A stretch of 64,000 bases of DNA from Limisphaerales bacterium (GTDB lineage Bacteria > Verrucomicrobiota > Verrucomicrobiia > Limisphaerales > JAJOIW01), in NCBI GenBank assembly GCA_965657355.1, contig CBFHOE010000006.1, positions 111,217 to 175,216 of the forward strand, read 5' to 3'. Positions 52,335 through 62,629 of this stretch are shown here, in pieces. Each line of letters begins with the position of its first letter. Positions within the stretch are counted from its first letter, which is position 1. The position numbers and the translations under genes were made by a program. The notes beneath the pieces are model-generated. The model did no database searches and had not been told where the DNA came from. It saw only the letters and a list, made by a program, of their open reading frames with translations.

Positions 52335-55121
52335 ATGGAGATAAAACAACTCAAACTCGATCAAACACTGAGCCAGGCTGAAATTATCAAGCGGCTAAAG
52401 GATTATTTGAAACAAGTTTCGGCTGAACTCCGGGACGCCCACAAAGGCCCCCTTGGAGGAATGGGTAGCTGCCAATTAAGAGCTGAAAAATTAGATTATC
52501 TCTTTAGGGCTGTCCTCTCTGTTTTGCCCGAAACAAAAGATGGTAAGGTCGATGAGTTGCCTATTTCCGTTGTTGCTGTCGGTGGCTACGGGAGAGGCGA
52601 ACTCAACCCATTCAGCGACATTGATATTTTAATTCTACACCCACCCGGAATGCTCAATCAGAATATGCCGGACAATGAGCTCACCTCAATTACCGATGGG
52701 ATTCTTTACAAGCTTTGGGATTGTGGCTTGAAAGTTGGACACGCCGTCAGAACCATAGACCAATGTGTGCATCACGCTAAAGAGGAGATGCAGTCTATGA
52801 CGGGTCTATTAGAGGCGCGATTTATTGGTGGTAATAAAAATCTCTTTGAGAACTTGGAAGCAGCCATTATGAAGAAATGCATTTCAGGATTCGAAGATGA
52901 GTATATGGAGATGCGGCTCAAAGACCAAACAGAGAGAAGACATAATTATGGCGGTTCTCCATTCCTTCAAACCCCAAATGTAAAAAATGGATGTGGAGGA
53001 TTGAGGGATTTTCAAAACTTACTCTGGATGACTTATTTTAAGTTTAGATTGAGAAGGCTTGAAGACCTCGTTGATAAAAAGGCACTGACTCTGGACGAAT
53101 GCGAAAAACTAAAAGCAGCTTACGATTTTCTCTTAAAAGTAAGGTCTGAACTTCATTATTTGGAAAACCGTCCCATAGATACTTTGGAAAGGGCGAATCA
53201 ACATCAATTAGCCAAAGCCCTTAAATACCCGCAAAGATCCATGGTGCGTCTGATAGAAGCTTTCATGCACGATTATTATGTGCACGTGAGAAACATTTTT
53301 CTTATTTCCAGAACAGCAGAAAAAAATCTGGCTATAATAAAGCACAAAAACATTCTGCCTACTTTTAAACAAGTTATCAAAAGTAGATCAAAAGCAGCTA
53401 GAAAACAGGCTATTGATGTCTTTATTGTCTCTGAAGGTCATTTAGAATGCCCAAAATATCAGGATGTCGTCGATCAACCGCAAAAACTAATGCGGTTGTT
53501 TTTGTACGTGCAAAAATTAGGACTAGACCTTCACCCTTCACTGGAATCCTCTATACGTAACCACGTCAAGGAGCTAGGCACGGAATTCCAATCAGATCCT
53601 CAAATTATCGAAACTTTCCTTGAGATAATAAACAAGAGAGGAAGCGTCGCTCCAATTTTACGAATGATGCACGAACTTGAGGTGCTCGGTAAATTCCTCC
53701 CAGAATTTGGTAAAATGACCTGTTTGGTCCAACATGAATTTTTACATCAATACACAGCGGATGAACACACACTCGTCTGCATCGAGCACCTCGATAAAAT
53801 ATGGTCCGCAAAAGACAAACCTCATGTCAAATACCAAGATGTATTTCGCGAACTTGAAAATCCATTCGAGATTTATCTCGCTTTATTACTTCACGACTGT
53901 GGAAAGGCCGCCCAAGGAAAAGCGCATGAAATTGTAGGTGCCAGAATGATGAATAGAGTAGGGAAAAGATTCGGACTTAAGAAAAGTAGTCTGAATAGAA
54001 TCTCTAAAGTCGTTGAACATCATCTTCTCATTCCAGTGATTAGCCAAAGGAGAGATTTAGACGATCCAGACGTCATTGAAGAGGTCGCTGGGATTTTAAA
54101 ATCAAGAAGACTACTCAGAATTCTTGCGATTCATACTTTCTGTGATTCCATGGGGACCAGCTCTTCGCTCTGGAACGAATTTAAAGATATGCTTCTTTGG
54201 CAACTTTACCACAAAACATACAAAGTTCTGGATGGCAATACTGAATTCCTCCATCTACAACAAGAAGAATACAATAACAAACTAAAGCGTATCAAACGCT
54301 TGGCTCATGGAAAATTACCTCAAGCTGAAATAAAGGCCCACTTTGATAATCTACCGGAGAAATACTTCACTTCGACTGATCCGGATGAAATCGTCCTGGA
54401 CATGGAACTTGTGAGTGACTTCTTGTCTTTGCAATTTCAAGAAAATCAAAACCCATTTAAACCTATCATTCATTGGAACCATAACGAGTCGAGAGGATAC
54501 TCAACAGTTAAAATATGCACATGGAATAGAAAGGGATTCTTCGCTAAACTAGCAGGATCCGTAAAAGTGACAGGCCTTACCATTCTTTCTGCTCAAATAT
54601 ATTCAAGGCTAGATGGTATTATTATTGATACTTTTGTCTTAGTAGATGCAACCATTGGAAAAATTCCAAATGAGAAAAAAATATTAGAATTTGATTCCTT
54701 ATTGGAAGAATCGTTGAGCCAAGACGTCCAGTTTGAAAAATTACTGAAGAAAAAAGAAAAAGCACGTCCAACCGGACAGTCTGACTTGGATGCAGTTATC
54801 GAATCCAACATCAGACTTAGAAATGATCTTTCAGAGCAATATAACGTCATCGAAGTCGTTGCACCTGATGAACCAGGCCTTCTTTTCCATTTAAGTAGTA
54901 TAATATCTGAGTTAAATCTCGATATCTGGTTGGCAAAAGTCATCACAGAAAGAGGAGCGGCTATAGATACGTTCTATATCGCTGAAGTAGAAGGTAGTAA
55001 AATTAACGATGAAGAACAGCTTGAATTTATTTTAAATAAACTCCGTCATACTCTCTCGAATGTGGTGGAATCCTTTGACCCAGAAAAAGAAACTAACGGA
55101 AATCAACTGGAAAAATCATAA
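52335..55121 (+). CDS. glnD: [Protein-PII] uridylyltransferase
   Basis: AVGGYGRGELNPFSDID, GGLRD, HQYTADEH, LLHDCGK, two ACT domains. Confidence 0.97.
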   Translation: MEIKQLKLDQTLSQAEIIKRLKDYLKQVSAELRDAHKGPLGGMGSCQLRAEKLDYLFRAVLSVLPETKDGKVDELPISVVAVGGYGRGELNPFSDIDILILHPPGMLNQNMPDNELTSITDGILYKLWDCGLKVGHAVRTIDQCVHHAKEEMQSMTGLLEARFIGGNKNLFENLEAAIMKKCISGFEDEYMEMRLKDQTERRHNYGGSPFLQTPNVKNGCGGLRDFQNLLWMTYFKFRLRRLEDLVDKKALTLDECEKLKAAYDFLLKVRSELHYLENRPIDTLERANQHQLAKALKYPQRSMVRLIEAFMHDYYVHVRNIFLISRTAEKNLAIIKHKNILPTFKQVIKSRSKAARKQAIDVFIVSEGHLECPKYQDVVDQPQKLMRLFLYVQKLGLDLHPSLESSIRNHVKELGTEFQSDPQIIETFLEIINKRGSVAPILRMMHELEVLGKFLPEFGKMTCLVQHEFLHQYTADEHTLVCIEHLDKIWSAKDKPHVKYQDVFRELENPFEIYLALLLHDCGKAAQGKAHEIVGARMMNRVGKRFGLKKSSLNRISKVVEHHLLIPVISQRRDLDDPDVIEEVAGILKSRRLLRILAIHTFCDSMGTSSSLWNEFKDMLLWQLYHKTYKVLDGNTEFLHLQQEEYNNKLKRIKRLAHGKLPQAEIKAHFDNLPEKYFTSTDPDEIVLDMELVSDFLSLQFQENQNPFKPIIHWNHNESRGYSTVKICTWNRKGFFAKLAGSVKVTGLTILSAQIYSRLDGIIIDTFVLVDATIGKIPNEKKILEFDSLLEESLSQDVQFEKLLKKKEKARPTGQSDLDAVIESNIRLRNDLSEQYNVIEVVAPDEPGLLFHLSSIISELNLDIWLAKVITERGAAIDTFYIAEVEGSKINDEEQLEFILNKLRHTLSNVVESFDPEKETNGNQLEKS

Positions 55122-56275
55122 ACATTTTCAACCGCTTTTCTCGCAGCCTTTAAACAGGCCTCTCGCGAATATCCAATGCTCGTTATATGCCCCATTTTGC
55201 GCCCAACACGAGATTTGGTCTTTCCATACCAATGGATGTTAACTTTCTCATTACCAATGGATCTAGGCAGGCCTCCTGGCCAACCTTCACCATCTTTCTC
55301 TCCAAGTATATTAACCATTACAGCTTGTGGAAGAATCATCTCAGTAGAACCAAGAGGGAGACTAAGAACAGCCCTAACATGATTTTCAAATTGGGAACAA
55401 TAGCACCCTTCAATGGTATAATGTCCAGAATTGTGCACTCTTGGAGCTAGTTCATTAACTATGATTTGGCCCGTCTGAGTTTCGAACATTTCAACCCCAA
55501 ATGAACCAATACCGCCAACAGATTTGACAGCATCAACCGCGAGATCTATAGCTGTCTGTTTTTGATTATCAAACGCTTCAGCAGGGCAAACGACTTCATG
55601 GCAAATATGATCTCTCTGGAACGTCTCTACCAATGGGTAGGTCACGGTGCTTCCGTCGGTATCCGTGCATACCATGACTGCAAGTTCACGTTCAAAAGGG
55701 ACAAATTTTTCACAAAATAAAGAAACCTTACCACCGCCCAAGGTTTTCCATGCGCGGCTTATATCCTCAGGTGAAGCTACCGTGGTATTCCCTTTACCGT
55801 CGTACCCCAATTTTCTGGTCTTTAAAACTAAAGGCCAGCCAAATTTTTGACCCGCTTTTTCCAATTCTTCTTCAGTTTCAACGGAAATAAAATCTGCGAC
55901 GGAAACCCCGTTCTCAACAAGCCGAGTCTTTTGGAAATACTTGTCTTGAACTATTCTAACCGAATCCGAATTAGGCAATACGACTGTTCCAGCGTCTTCA
56001 GCTTTCTTTAGTATATCTGCTTCAACAAATTCACTTTCTAAAGTCACTACATCACAACTTTTAGAAAAATCGATCAGAACTTCCGGATCTTCCCAATCAC
56101 CAACGACAAATTCCGAAGCAATCTGAGAAGCAGGGCAATCATTTGATTTTTCAATAACCCGGGTTGACACACCGAGTTTACCAGCTGCTTGACACAGCAT
56201 TTTTGCCAGCTGGCCGCCACCAATGATGCCCAAGATGGGGATATTATTCCAATGAATTTCTCTGTCCCTCTGCAT
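55103..56275 (-). CDS. purK: N5-carboxyaminoimidazole ribonucleotide synthase
   Basis: GGGQLAKM, GYDGKG, NELAPRVHNSGH, RKMGH. Confidence 0.97.
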   Translation of the reverse strand: MQRDREIHWNNIPILGIIGGGQLAKMLCQAAGKLGVSTRVIEKSNDCPASQIASEFVVGDWEDPEVLIDFSKSCDVVTLESEFVEADILKKAEDAGTVVLPNSDSVRIVQDKYFQKTRLVENGVSVADFISVETEEELEKAGQKFGWPLVLKTRKLGYDGKGNTTVASPEDISRAWKTLGGGKVSLFCEKFVPFERELAVMVCTDTDGSTVTYPLVETFQRDHICHEVVCPAEAFDNQKQTAIDLAVDAVKSVGGIGSFGVEMFETQTGQIIVNELAPRVHNSGHYTIEGCYCSQFENHVRAVLSLPLGSTEMILPQAVMVNILGEKDGEGWPGGLPRSIGNEKVNIHWYGKTKSRVGRKMGHITSIGYSREACLKAARKAVENVYDFSS

Positions 56276-56312
56276 TGAGGATTTCGCCTTTATTAAAACA
56301 TTGATGCTACGT

Positions 56313-57422
56313 CTAGTTGACGCGCATGGGCATTATGACGTAGAGGAATGGACCATTTATTTTGAGGACACCCGGACTCAACTGGTCCAAAAGCTCAAAA
56401 TATACCTCGTCATCTTCTACAATTTTAAGAGGATCTATGAGAAAAGATGGATTGAAAGCCACCGATATTTCTTCTTCATCAAATTTGACAGCAAGAGATT
56501 CTCTTACTTCTCCAACCTCTGGTGCATTTGCTGTAATTGTTAATGAATTAGAGGCAAAAGTCATCTTGACCGAGTTCGATTTGTCGCTGGTCATCAATTC
56601 GGCTCGCCTAAGAGATTGCATGAATTCTTCACGCATGATCGAAATGCGGTGTTTGACTTGCTTAGGTATAACCTGCCTATAGTTCGGATATTTACCATCA
56701 ACCAGCTTCGCCAAAATTTTGGTAGGATTAACAGACTCTCCAGAGAGAGAATACTGAACATGCGTCTCTGAAAATGAAATTTGAACCTGACCGCTATTGC
56801 CAAGCAACCGACCGAGCTCAAGAATTGCTTTAGTCGGGACAACGGCATCAACATCGACCTCGTCAGAATCTTTTAGTTCTTTATCAACCATGGCCATTCT
56901 CCGACCGTCAGTGGCAACCATGGTGATTTTGCCCTCTTTGACGGAATGAAAAATACCATTGAGAATATGCCGAGATTCATCACTTGAAATAGCGTATTGA
57001 GTTTTCTTGACCATATCCTTGTAGTCCTCTTGTTCCAATACAAAGTTCTTAACATCTTCTGGACATTGAGGGACTGGATATTCAATAGAGGGAATGCCTT
57101 TGAGTTTAAAAAAGGAATTACCACACTGAATTGAACATTGGTCCTGATCAGAAATCGATATACTGATTTCGCCTGCAGGCAATTCTTTGGTAATACCAAA
57201 CAATTTTTTTGCTGGAAGGGTGATTTCTCCACCGTTTTCTATTTTGGCAGGGATTTCGCAGACCACTGAGACTTCGAGGTCAGATCCAGTTAATTCCAAT
57301 CTTTCGCCATCGGCTTTCAGGAGAATATTTGACAATATCGGTCTATTGGGCCTATTGCTAACGACACTCTGCACAGCTTGCAGACCCGAGACCATATCTT
57401 CTTTTGCTACGGCTAAATTCAT
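56313..57422 (-). CDS. dnaN: DNA polymerase III beta clamp
   Basis: PILSNIL, VATDGRRMA, GKYPNYRQVIP, YVIMPMR. Confidence 0.98.
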   Translation of the reverse strand: MNLAVAKEDMVSGLQAVQSVVSNRPNRPILSNILLKADGERLELTGSDLEVSVVCEIPAKIENGGEITLPAKKLFGITKELPAGEISISISDQDQCSIQCGNSFFKLKGIPSIEYPVPQCPEDVKNFVLEQEDYKDMVKKTQYAISSDESRHILNGIFHSVKEGKITMVATDGRRMAMVDKELKDSDEVDVDAVVPTKAILELGRLLGNSGQVQISFSETHVQYSLSGESVNPTKILAKLVDGKYPNYRQVIPKQVKHRISIMREEFMQSLRRAELMTSDKSNSVKMTFASNSLTITANAPEVGEVRESLAVKFDEEEISVAFNPSFLIDPLKIVEDDEVYFELLDQLSPGVLKINGPFLYVIMPMRVN

Positions 57423-57439
57423 CTTCTGATACTTTCTGA

Positions 57440-57655
57440 CGATATAATAAAGATTTCTTTTTTAATTAAAAAGAAACTTATTATTAGTCCCTGTTGATAT
57501 GTGAATAAAGGAGAATCTTCTTCTCAGTCAATGAGTTAATCAGATTCTGCAATGTGTAAAAGTCATCCAAAATCTTAAGGAGTTCTAGCCAACAACCTTA
57601 TTCATTAAAACGACAGCTTAAAAAACGCGGTTATACTGCGCTTACTCACAGCTTA
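57440..57655 (-). other. Candidate oriC unwinding region
   Basis: Minus strand TTATTCACA-TATCAACA-GGGAC-TAATAATAA followed by an AT-rich tract; further boxes TTTTACACA (57553-57561, minus) and degenerate TTACTCACA (57642-57650, plus). Confidence 0.75.
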
Positions 57656-57677
57656 CTGACATTTGACAGAATTTCCG

Positions 57678-58826
57678 TTAATCCTTGGAAATTTGAATGA
57701 TTTTTGGGAGACAATTGAGTAGATGTTGGATCTCATCTTCTGTGTTTTCCCGTCCCATTGATATCCTGACTAAAGCGCTGGATTCTTCCCTAGTCGCTCC
57801 CAAAGCTTCGATTACATGAGAAGGTTCTATAGATCCAGCGGAGCAGGCAGACCCACTGGATACGCAAACGCCCTCCAGATCAAAGTTGGCAATGAGCATC
57901 ATCCCATCGGATTCTTTAACCGTAAATGAAAGCGTGTTGCTGAGGCAATTTTCCATTGGGCTTCTGCACGTAACGCCAGCGTGGTTGTTAATTTCTTCAG
58001 CAATTTTCTCCTTCCATTCAAGAATATTTTTTCTTTGAAACACCGGATGCACAGTAAAATTTTCTATGGCATACGTTAGGCCAGCTATGTTTGGCAGATT
58101 TTCCGTGCCTGCGCGTCTCTCGTTCTCATGACCACCTCCGAATATTATAGGGTGGGGAAGTAGTGGGGACTTTATGTAAAGAGCCCCAGATCCTTTTGGT
58201 CCATGAAATTTGTGACCACAGACAGAAACGAGATCTGCATTGAAAATTGATATGTTTTCCACAGGCTCTTTTCCGAACCATTGGACGGCGTCGGTATGAA
58301 ATAGGACCTCTTTATCCCGGCAAACTTTTCCAATTTCATGAATGGGTTGAATGGTCCCAATCTCGTTATTCGCCGCTATGATGGAAACGAGCACCGTGTC
58401 TGATTTAATTGCCCTGGAGACATCCTCTGGATCCACGAAACCATCAGGAGATACGTCAACTCTGGTGATGGAATAACCCTCGTATTTCTCTAAGTATTCG
58501 AGTGCATGTAAGACAGCATGATGCTCAATTTTAGAGGTGACAATGTGTTTTCCTTTTTCTCTTAATAACCGAGCGGTGCCAACTAGCGCTAAGTTATTAC
58601 TTTCAGTTCCTCCGCTTGTAAAAACGATTTCACTCGGTTTGCATTGCCATACCTTTGAAACCCTATCACGATAGTCATCCAGTAAAAAGCGAGCACGTTG
58701 TCCAATGTGATGAACACTAGATGGGTTGCCATGCTCAGCCTTCAACACCTTAACCATTTCATCTGAAACGTCATTATCCAAAGGTGTCGTAGCATTATAA
58801 TCAAAGTAATATGAAGGTTTCATCAT
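57678..58826 (-). CDS. iscS: Cysteine desulfurase (IscS/NifS type)
   Basis: YFDYNATT, GNPSS, FTSGGTESNN, GHKFHGPKG, SSGSAC; true start at 58826 or 58823, not 59006. Confidence 0.93.
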   Translation of the reverse strand: MMKPSYYFDYNATTPLDNDVSDEMVKVLKAEHGNPSSVHHIGQRARFLLDDYRDRVSKVWQCKPSEIVFTSGGTESNNLALVGTARLLREKGKHIVTSKIEHHAVLHALEYLEKYEGYSITRVDVSPDGFVDPEDVSRAIKSDTVLVSIIAANNEIGTIQPIHEIGKVCRDKEVLFHTDAVQWFGKEPVENISIFNADLVSVCGHKFHGPKGSGALYIKSPLLPHPIIFGGGHENERRAGTENLPNIAGLTYAIENFTVHPVFQRKNILEWKEKIAEEINNHAGVTCRSPMENCLSNTLSFTVKESDGMMLIANFDLEGVCVSSGSACSAGSIEPSHVIEALGATREESSALVRISMGRENTEDEIQHLLNCLPKIIQISKD

Positions 58827-58852
58827 GGAAGTTTTGTTGTTGTATTCTCTTC

Positions 58853-59668
58853 CTAATTCAGAAATATCAGCCCTACTATGCCAACAAAAAGACAATAGAA
58901 TGCAAACCAATGTAATCTTTCCTTTTGAACTATGACCATCATTGTCTTGATTGCAAGGATGCCGGAAACAAAAGCAGTCAGCATACCTAATAACAGAGGA
59001 GTCCAATTCATAATCTCATCACCTCGGATGACATCAATTAAATCAAGAGCTGTCGCGGCAACAATCACAGGAACAGACATCAGAAATGAAAAACGTGTGG
59101 CTTCTTCTCGTTTCGTTCCAAGATAAAGCGCCATCGCAATAGTAGATCCTGACCGAGATATTCCTGGCATCATGGCAAAACTTTGCGCTGTTCCTATGGC
59201 TAAAGATTTCCACCATGTGATTCTCCCGGATTGGTTTCCTCTTATCATGGTGAATAATAGTAGAATTCCTGTGATAAGAAGCATTCCACAAGCAAACCGA
59301 GCACTCGTAAAAGCCTCTTCGATTACATCCTTAAATAAAATATAAATAATACCCGTGGGAATCATGGTCAGGGCAATATGGACTGACATTCGGAATCCTT
59401 CTTTCGCTTCGTAGTTTTCTCTCCAAGATTTGGGCTTAGAGATGGATGCTATTCCTTCGATAAGCATTTTTCTCAAATAGGAGAAAAAAATTACGGTAAT
59501 GCTTAAAACAGTCCCAAAATGAACAAAAACTTCAAATGTCGTCCCACCATACTCATTTTCTATGCCAAACAACTCTTCTCCAATTACCAAGTGACCGGAT
59601 GAGGACACTGGTAAAAATTCTGTCAATCCTTGTATTAAGCCAAGTAAAATGCCTTCCCACCAATTCAT
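58853..59668 (-). CDS. uppP: Undecaprenyl-diphosphate phosphatase
   Basis: QGLTEFLPVSSSGH, PGISRSGSTI. Confidence 0.97.
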   Translation of the reverse strand: MNWWEGILLGLIQGLTEFLPVSSSGHLVIGEELFGIENEYGGTTFEVFVHFGTVLSITVIFFSYLRKMLIEGIASISKPKSWRENYEAKEGFRMSVHIALTMIPTGIIYILFKDVIEEAFTSARFACGMLLITGILLLFTMIRGNQSGRITWWKSLAIGTAQSFAMMPGISRSGSTIAMALYLGTKREEATRFSFLMSVPVIVAATALDLIDVIRGDEIMNWTPLLLGMLTAFVSGILAIKTMMVIVQKERLHWFAFYCLFVGIVGLIFLN

Positions 59669-59672
59669 ATTG

Positions 59673-59831
59673 TGTTAATAACCTGTGGAAAATGGAGGTG
59701 TTATTCACAAAAGAAAAGTTAAATTTGCCATCATTTTGTGAATAAGCCTCGAAATCGAGTTAAGTGTTTAATTTTTCCCTGTATTTTCAGATGTTGAGAG
59801 TTTGAAATCAAGATCTTGAAAATGTTGATAA
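59673..59831. promoter_or_regulatory. DnaA-box cluster
   Basis: TGTGGAAAA 59684-59692, TTATTCACA 59701-59709, TGTGAATAA 59737-59745 (all fit TTWTNCACA); one-mismatch boxes at 59673 and 59823. Confidence 0.75.
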
Positions 59832-59883
59832 ATTTTTCTTGGAATACCATCTTATGAAGTAACTCTTTAAAAAAGGCGAAAAT

Positions 59884-60315
59884 ATGGCATCAGAGTTTAA
59901 AGTGCAAAGACGGGTGGAATTCTCAGAAACGGATATGGCAGGGATAATGCATTTCTCCAACTTTTTTAAATTTATGGAAACAGCCGAACATGGTTTTCTG
60001 AGGAGTTTAGGATATTCGGTCGTCACAGAGCAAACAGATCCACCAGTTGGTTGGCCACGAGTTCATTGCGAATGTGACTATTACAAACCCGTTCGCTTTG
60101 AAGATCTCGTTAATATTCACTTGAAGGTAATTAAAAAATCGCAAAAAACAGTTAAATACCAATTCGACTTCACCCTAGATGACACTCCTGATGATTTAAT
60201 TGCCAGAGGAATCATTGTTGCTGTATGCGTTACCAAGGACCCTAAATCCAACAAAATGATTTCAGTCCCAATCCCTAAGGATATGAATAAGTCGATCGAT
60301 ATCTTTGAGAATTAA
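59884..60315 (+). CDS. Acyl-CoA thioesterase (hotdog fold, YbgC-like)
   Basis: RVEFSETDMAGIMHFSNF. Confidence 0.92.
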   Translation: MASEFKVQRRVEFSETDMAGIMHFSNFFKFMETAEHGFLRSLGYSVVTEQTDPPVGWPRVHCECDYYKPVRFEDLVNIHLKVIKKSQKTVKYQFDFTLDDTPDDLIARGIIVAVCVTKDPKSNKMISVPIPKDMNKSIDIFEN

Positions 60316-60364
60316 CGCCCATTTTTAAATTAAGATCAGCACTACGGCACTTTTTAGCGTGCCC

Positions 60365-60395
60365 AAAAAAAAGAGCGACCACATTGATCGCTCTT
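60365..60395 (-). terminator. Terminator after the pilin gene
   Basis: A-run then GAGCGA-N10-TCGCTC. Confidence 0.65.
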
Positions 60396-60423
60396 CCGAA
60401 ATCCTTAATTGGCAATAAATTAA

Positions 60424-60852
60424 TCATCCACCACCAGAGGTTCCTGTTATTAGAGTGGATAAAGCCATAGTCCCATCAGCAGAGCCATCCATATTATCAA
60501 CAGATGCGGGAACAGATGTCGCGGTGACTTCATCTGCCACTGTGGCTCCTATGTTGTATGTTTCACCAACAACCGATTGTGGTACGGCGCCACCCTTTAA
60601 GTATGCATAAATAGCAGCATCAGATGAAGATGAATCAGCGGCAGGACCCAATCTGTTTTCCAGTGCCCATTGTTGTTTGGCAGCATCAATCATTCGCAGA
60701 TTATTATAGATTGATTGACGTTGGGTAGTCTCACGTGCTTTTACAAAATTAGGCACCGCGATTGCTGCAAGCAAACCAATGATCGCCACGACGATCATAA
60801 TTTCCACTAGCGTGAATCCTTTTTTATTATGATTTTTAGTTTTAATTTGCAT
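60424..60852 (-). CDS. Type IV pilin / pseudopilin
   Basis: Prepilin cleavage motif KKG-FTLVEIMIVVAIIGLLAAIAVP. Confidence 0.93.
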   Translation of the reverse strand: MQIKTKNHNKKGFTLVEIMIVVAIIGLLAAIAVPNFVKARETTQRQSIYNNLRMIDAAKQQWALENRLGPAADSSSSDAAIYAYLKGGAVPQSVVGETYNIGATVADEVTATSVPASVDNMDGSADGTMALSTLITGTSGGG

Positions 60853-60959
60853 ATTCTTCCTTAATTATAAGATAATCTCCACTTATCCCATCGGAAGGTT
60901 TTCGCATTCCTAAACAATTTTTTTCGAAACCTAGAAGTTCTTGGAAACTCTCAACTTAT

Positions 60960-61003
60960 GAATAATAACCTAAATTCATAGGAATAATAACCTAAATTCA
61001 TAG
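60960..61003. repeat. Perfect 22-bp tandem duplication
   Basis: GAATAATAACCTAAATTCATAG x2. Confidence 0.95.
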
Positions 61004-61109
61004 GGTTCAATCGCATACAAAAGTAACCTTTTGACTATTAATTAACAAATTGCAGACCGTGAAGGGTTGAATTCACTGTCTCATTTCAATACCTTTTAGT
61101 TAAAATAGA

Positions 61110-62087
61110 GTGCAAAAAACAAAAAAGCAGATGATCGACTGGAATCATGGGAAATGGTTTGTCGCGGGACACAGAGGATTGGCAGGCTCTGCTTTGCTAG
61201 CAAAATTAGGCAAAAAATCGGTCTCAGAAAATAACCTCGTATTGCGCTCACGTTCTCACCTAGACCTTAGGGATAAAAAGGAGGTTATGGATATGTTCAA
61301 GTCCGAATCACCCGACTATGTCATCATAGCTGCAGCAGTAGTCGGAGGCATAGATGCCAATAGAAAATATCCTGTCCAATTCTTAAAGGATAACCTTGAG
61401 ATTCAAAGTAATATCATCGTCTCCGCGCATGAGACAGGAGTTAAAAAACTTCTCTTTCTAGGAAGTTCTTGTATCTATCCCAAAAATTGCCCTCAGCCCA
61501 TGAAACCGGAGCATTTGCTGTCTGGGACACTTGAGGCGACCAACGAATGGTATGCTATCGGAAAAATTACCGGAATAAAGCTATGCCAGGCATATGCCAC
61601 GCAATACGGAAGCAATTTTATTTCGGTAATGCCCACAAATCTCTACGGCCCGGGTGATAATTACCACCTTAGCAACTCACACGTTTTGCCTGCGCTCATC
61701 AGAAAATTTCACGAGGCGAAAGAAAAAGGATTGGATACAGTTACCTGCTGGGGTGATGGCAGCCCGAAACGTGAATTCCTTCATTCCTCTGACTTTGCGA
61801 GTGCCTGTCTGTTTGCAATGGAGAATTACGACAATAATGAAATCCTCAACATTGGATCCTCCCAAGAGGTTTCTATCAAGGAGCTGGCGGAAACTATCTC
61901 ATCAATTGTCGGATTCTCCGGATCTATTATTTGGGATACCTCTATGCCAAACGGAACACCGAGGAAACTAATGGATTCCTCGGTCTTAAGGAACATGGGA
62001 TGGACTCCGAAATTTTCGCTGGAAGAGGGAATCAAAGAAACATATCAAGACTTCCTCAAAGGGTATAATGAAAGGTCCGTATCTTGA
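61110..62087 (+). CDS. fcl: GDP-L-fucose synthase
   Basis: AGHRGLAG, LGSSCIYP, YAIGK, PTNLYGPGDN, SHVLPAL, REFLH; alternative ATG at 61131. Confidence 0.96.
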   Translation: MQKTKKQMIDWNHGKWFVAGHRGLAGSALLAKLGKKSVSENNLVLRSRSHLDLRDKKEVMDMFKSESPDYVIIAAAVVGGIDANRKYPVQFLKDNLEIQSNIIVSAHETGVKKLLFLGSSCIYPKNCPQPMKPEHLLSGTLEATNEWYAIGKITGIKLCQAYATQYGSNFISVMPTNLYGPGDNYHLSNSHVLPALIRKFHEAKEKGLDTVTCWGDGSPKREFLHSSDFASACLFAMENYDNNEILNIGSSQEVSIKELAETISSIVGFSGSIIWDTSMPNGTPRKLMDSSVLRNMGWTPKFSLEEGIKETYQDFLKGYNERSVS

Positions 62088-62137
62088 CACTACTATATAG
62101 AGTAGTTTAATCTATACCTCATAACGAGATATAGGGT
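62084..62137 (+). promoter_or_regulatory. nrdR promoter with tandem NrdR boxes
   Basis: TTGACA at 62084; CTACTATATAGAGTAG 62090-62105 and TAACGAGATATAGGGT 62122-62137, 32 bp apart. Confidence 0.7.
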
Positions 62138-62140
62138 TTA

Positions 62141-62629
62141 ATGCGCTGTCCAAAATGCAGCTGTCAGGACGATAAAGTCATCGATTCACGATCCTCACGT
62201 GAAGGCTCCACCATACGCCGTCGGCGTGAATGTGTTGGCTGTGGTTTCCGCTTCACGACTTACGAAGAAATCCAAAGCGACAACATCATGGTTGTAAAAC
62301 GCGACGGGCGGCGTGAATCACTCAATAAGGAAAAACTTTTGGGTGGCATTGTGAAAGCCTGCGAAAAAAGGCCAGTAAGTCGGGCCGAGCTCGACGAACT
62401 TGTGGCAACCATTGTCCAAAGAATTATCCAGGAATTCGATAGAGAAATCCCTTACCAAAGAATTGGTGAACTCACCATGAATGGACTGCGGGTCCTCGAT
62501 AAAGTGGCATATGTGAGGTATGCCAGCATATATAGGGGATTCGAAGAAGCTGCCGATTTTGTCGAAGAAGTTGAAAAACTAGAATCTAGAAAAAATGATA
62601 CGGCCACACTCAGATTACCTGGTATTTGA
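62141..62629 (+). CDS. nrdR: Transcriptional repressor NrdR
   Basis: MRCPKC, VIDSR, IRRRREC, RFTTYE, VAYVRYASIY. Confidence 0.98.
   Translation: MRCPKCSCQDDKVIDSRSSREGSTIRRRRECVGCGFRFTTYEEIQSDNIMVVKRDGRRESLNKEKLLGGIVKACEKRPVSRAELDELVATIVQRIIQEFDREIPYQRIGELTMNGLRVLDKVAYVRYASIYRGFEEAADFVEEVEKLESRKNDTATLRLPGI

Noticed and set aside
58827..59006. N-terminal extension of iscS in the ORF track
   Set aside because: Overlaps uppP; homology begins at MKPSYYFDYNATT
60960..61003. CRISPR array
   Set aside because: Only two adjacent copies with no spacer, and no cas genes; no CRISPR or rRNA seen anywhere in the window
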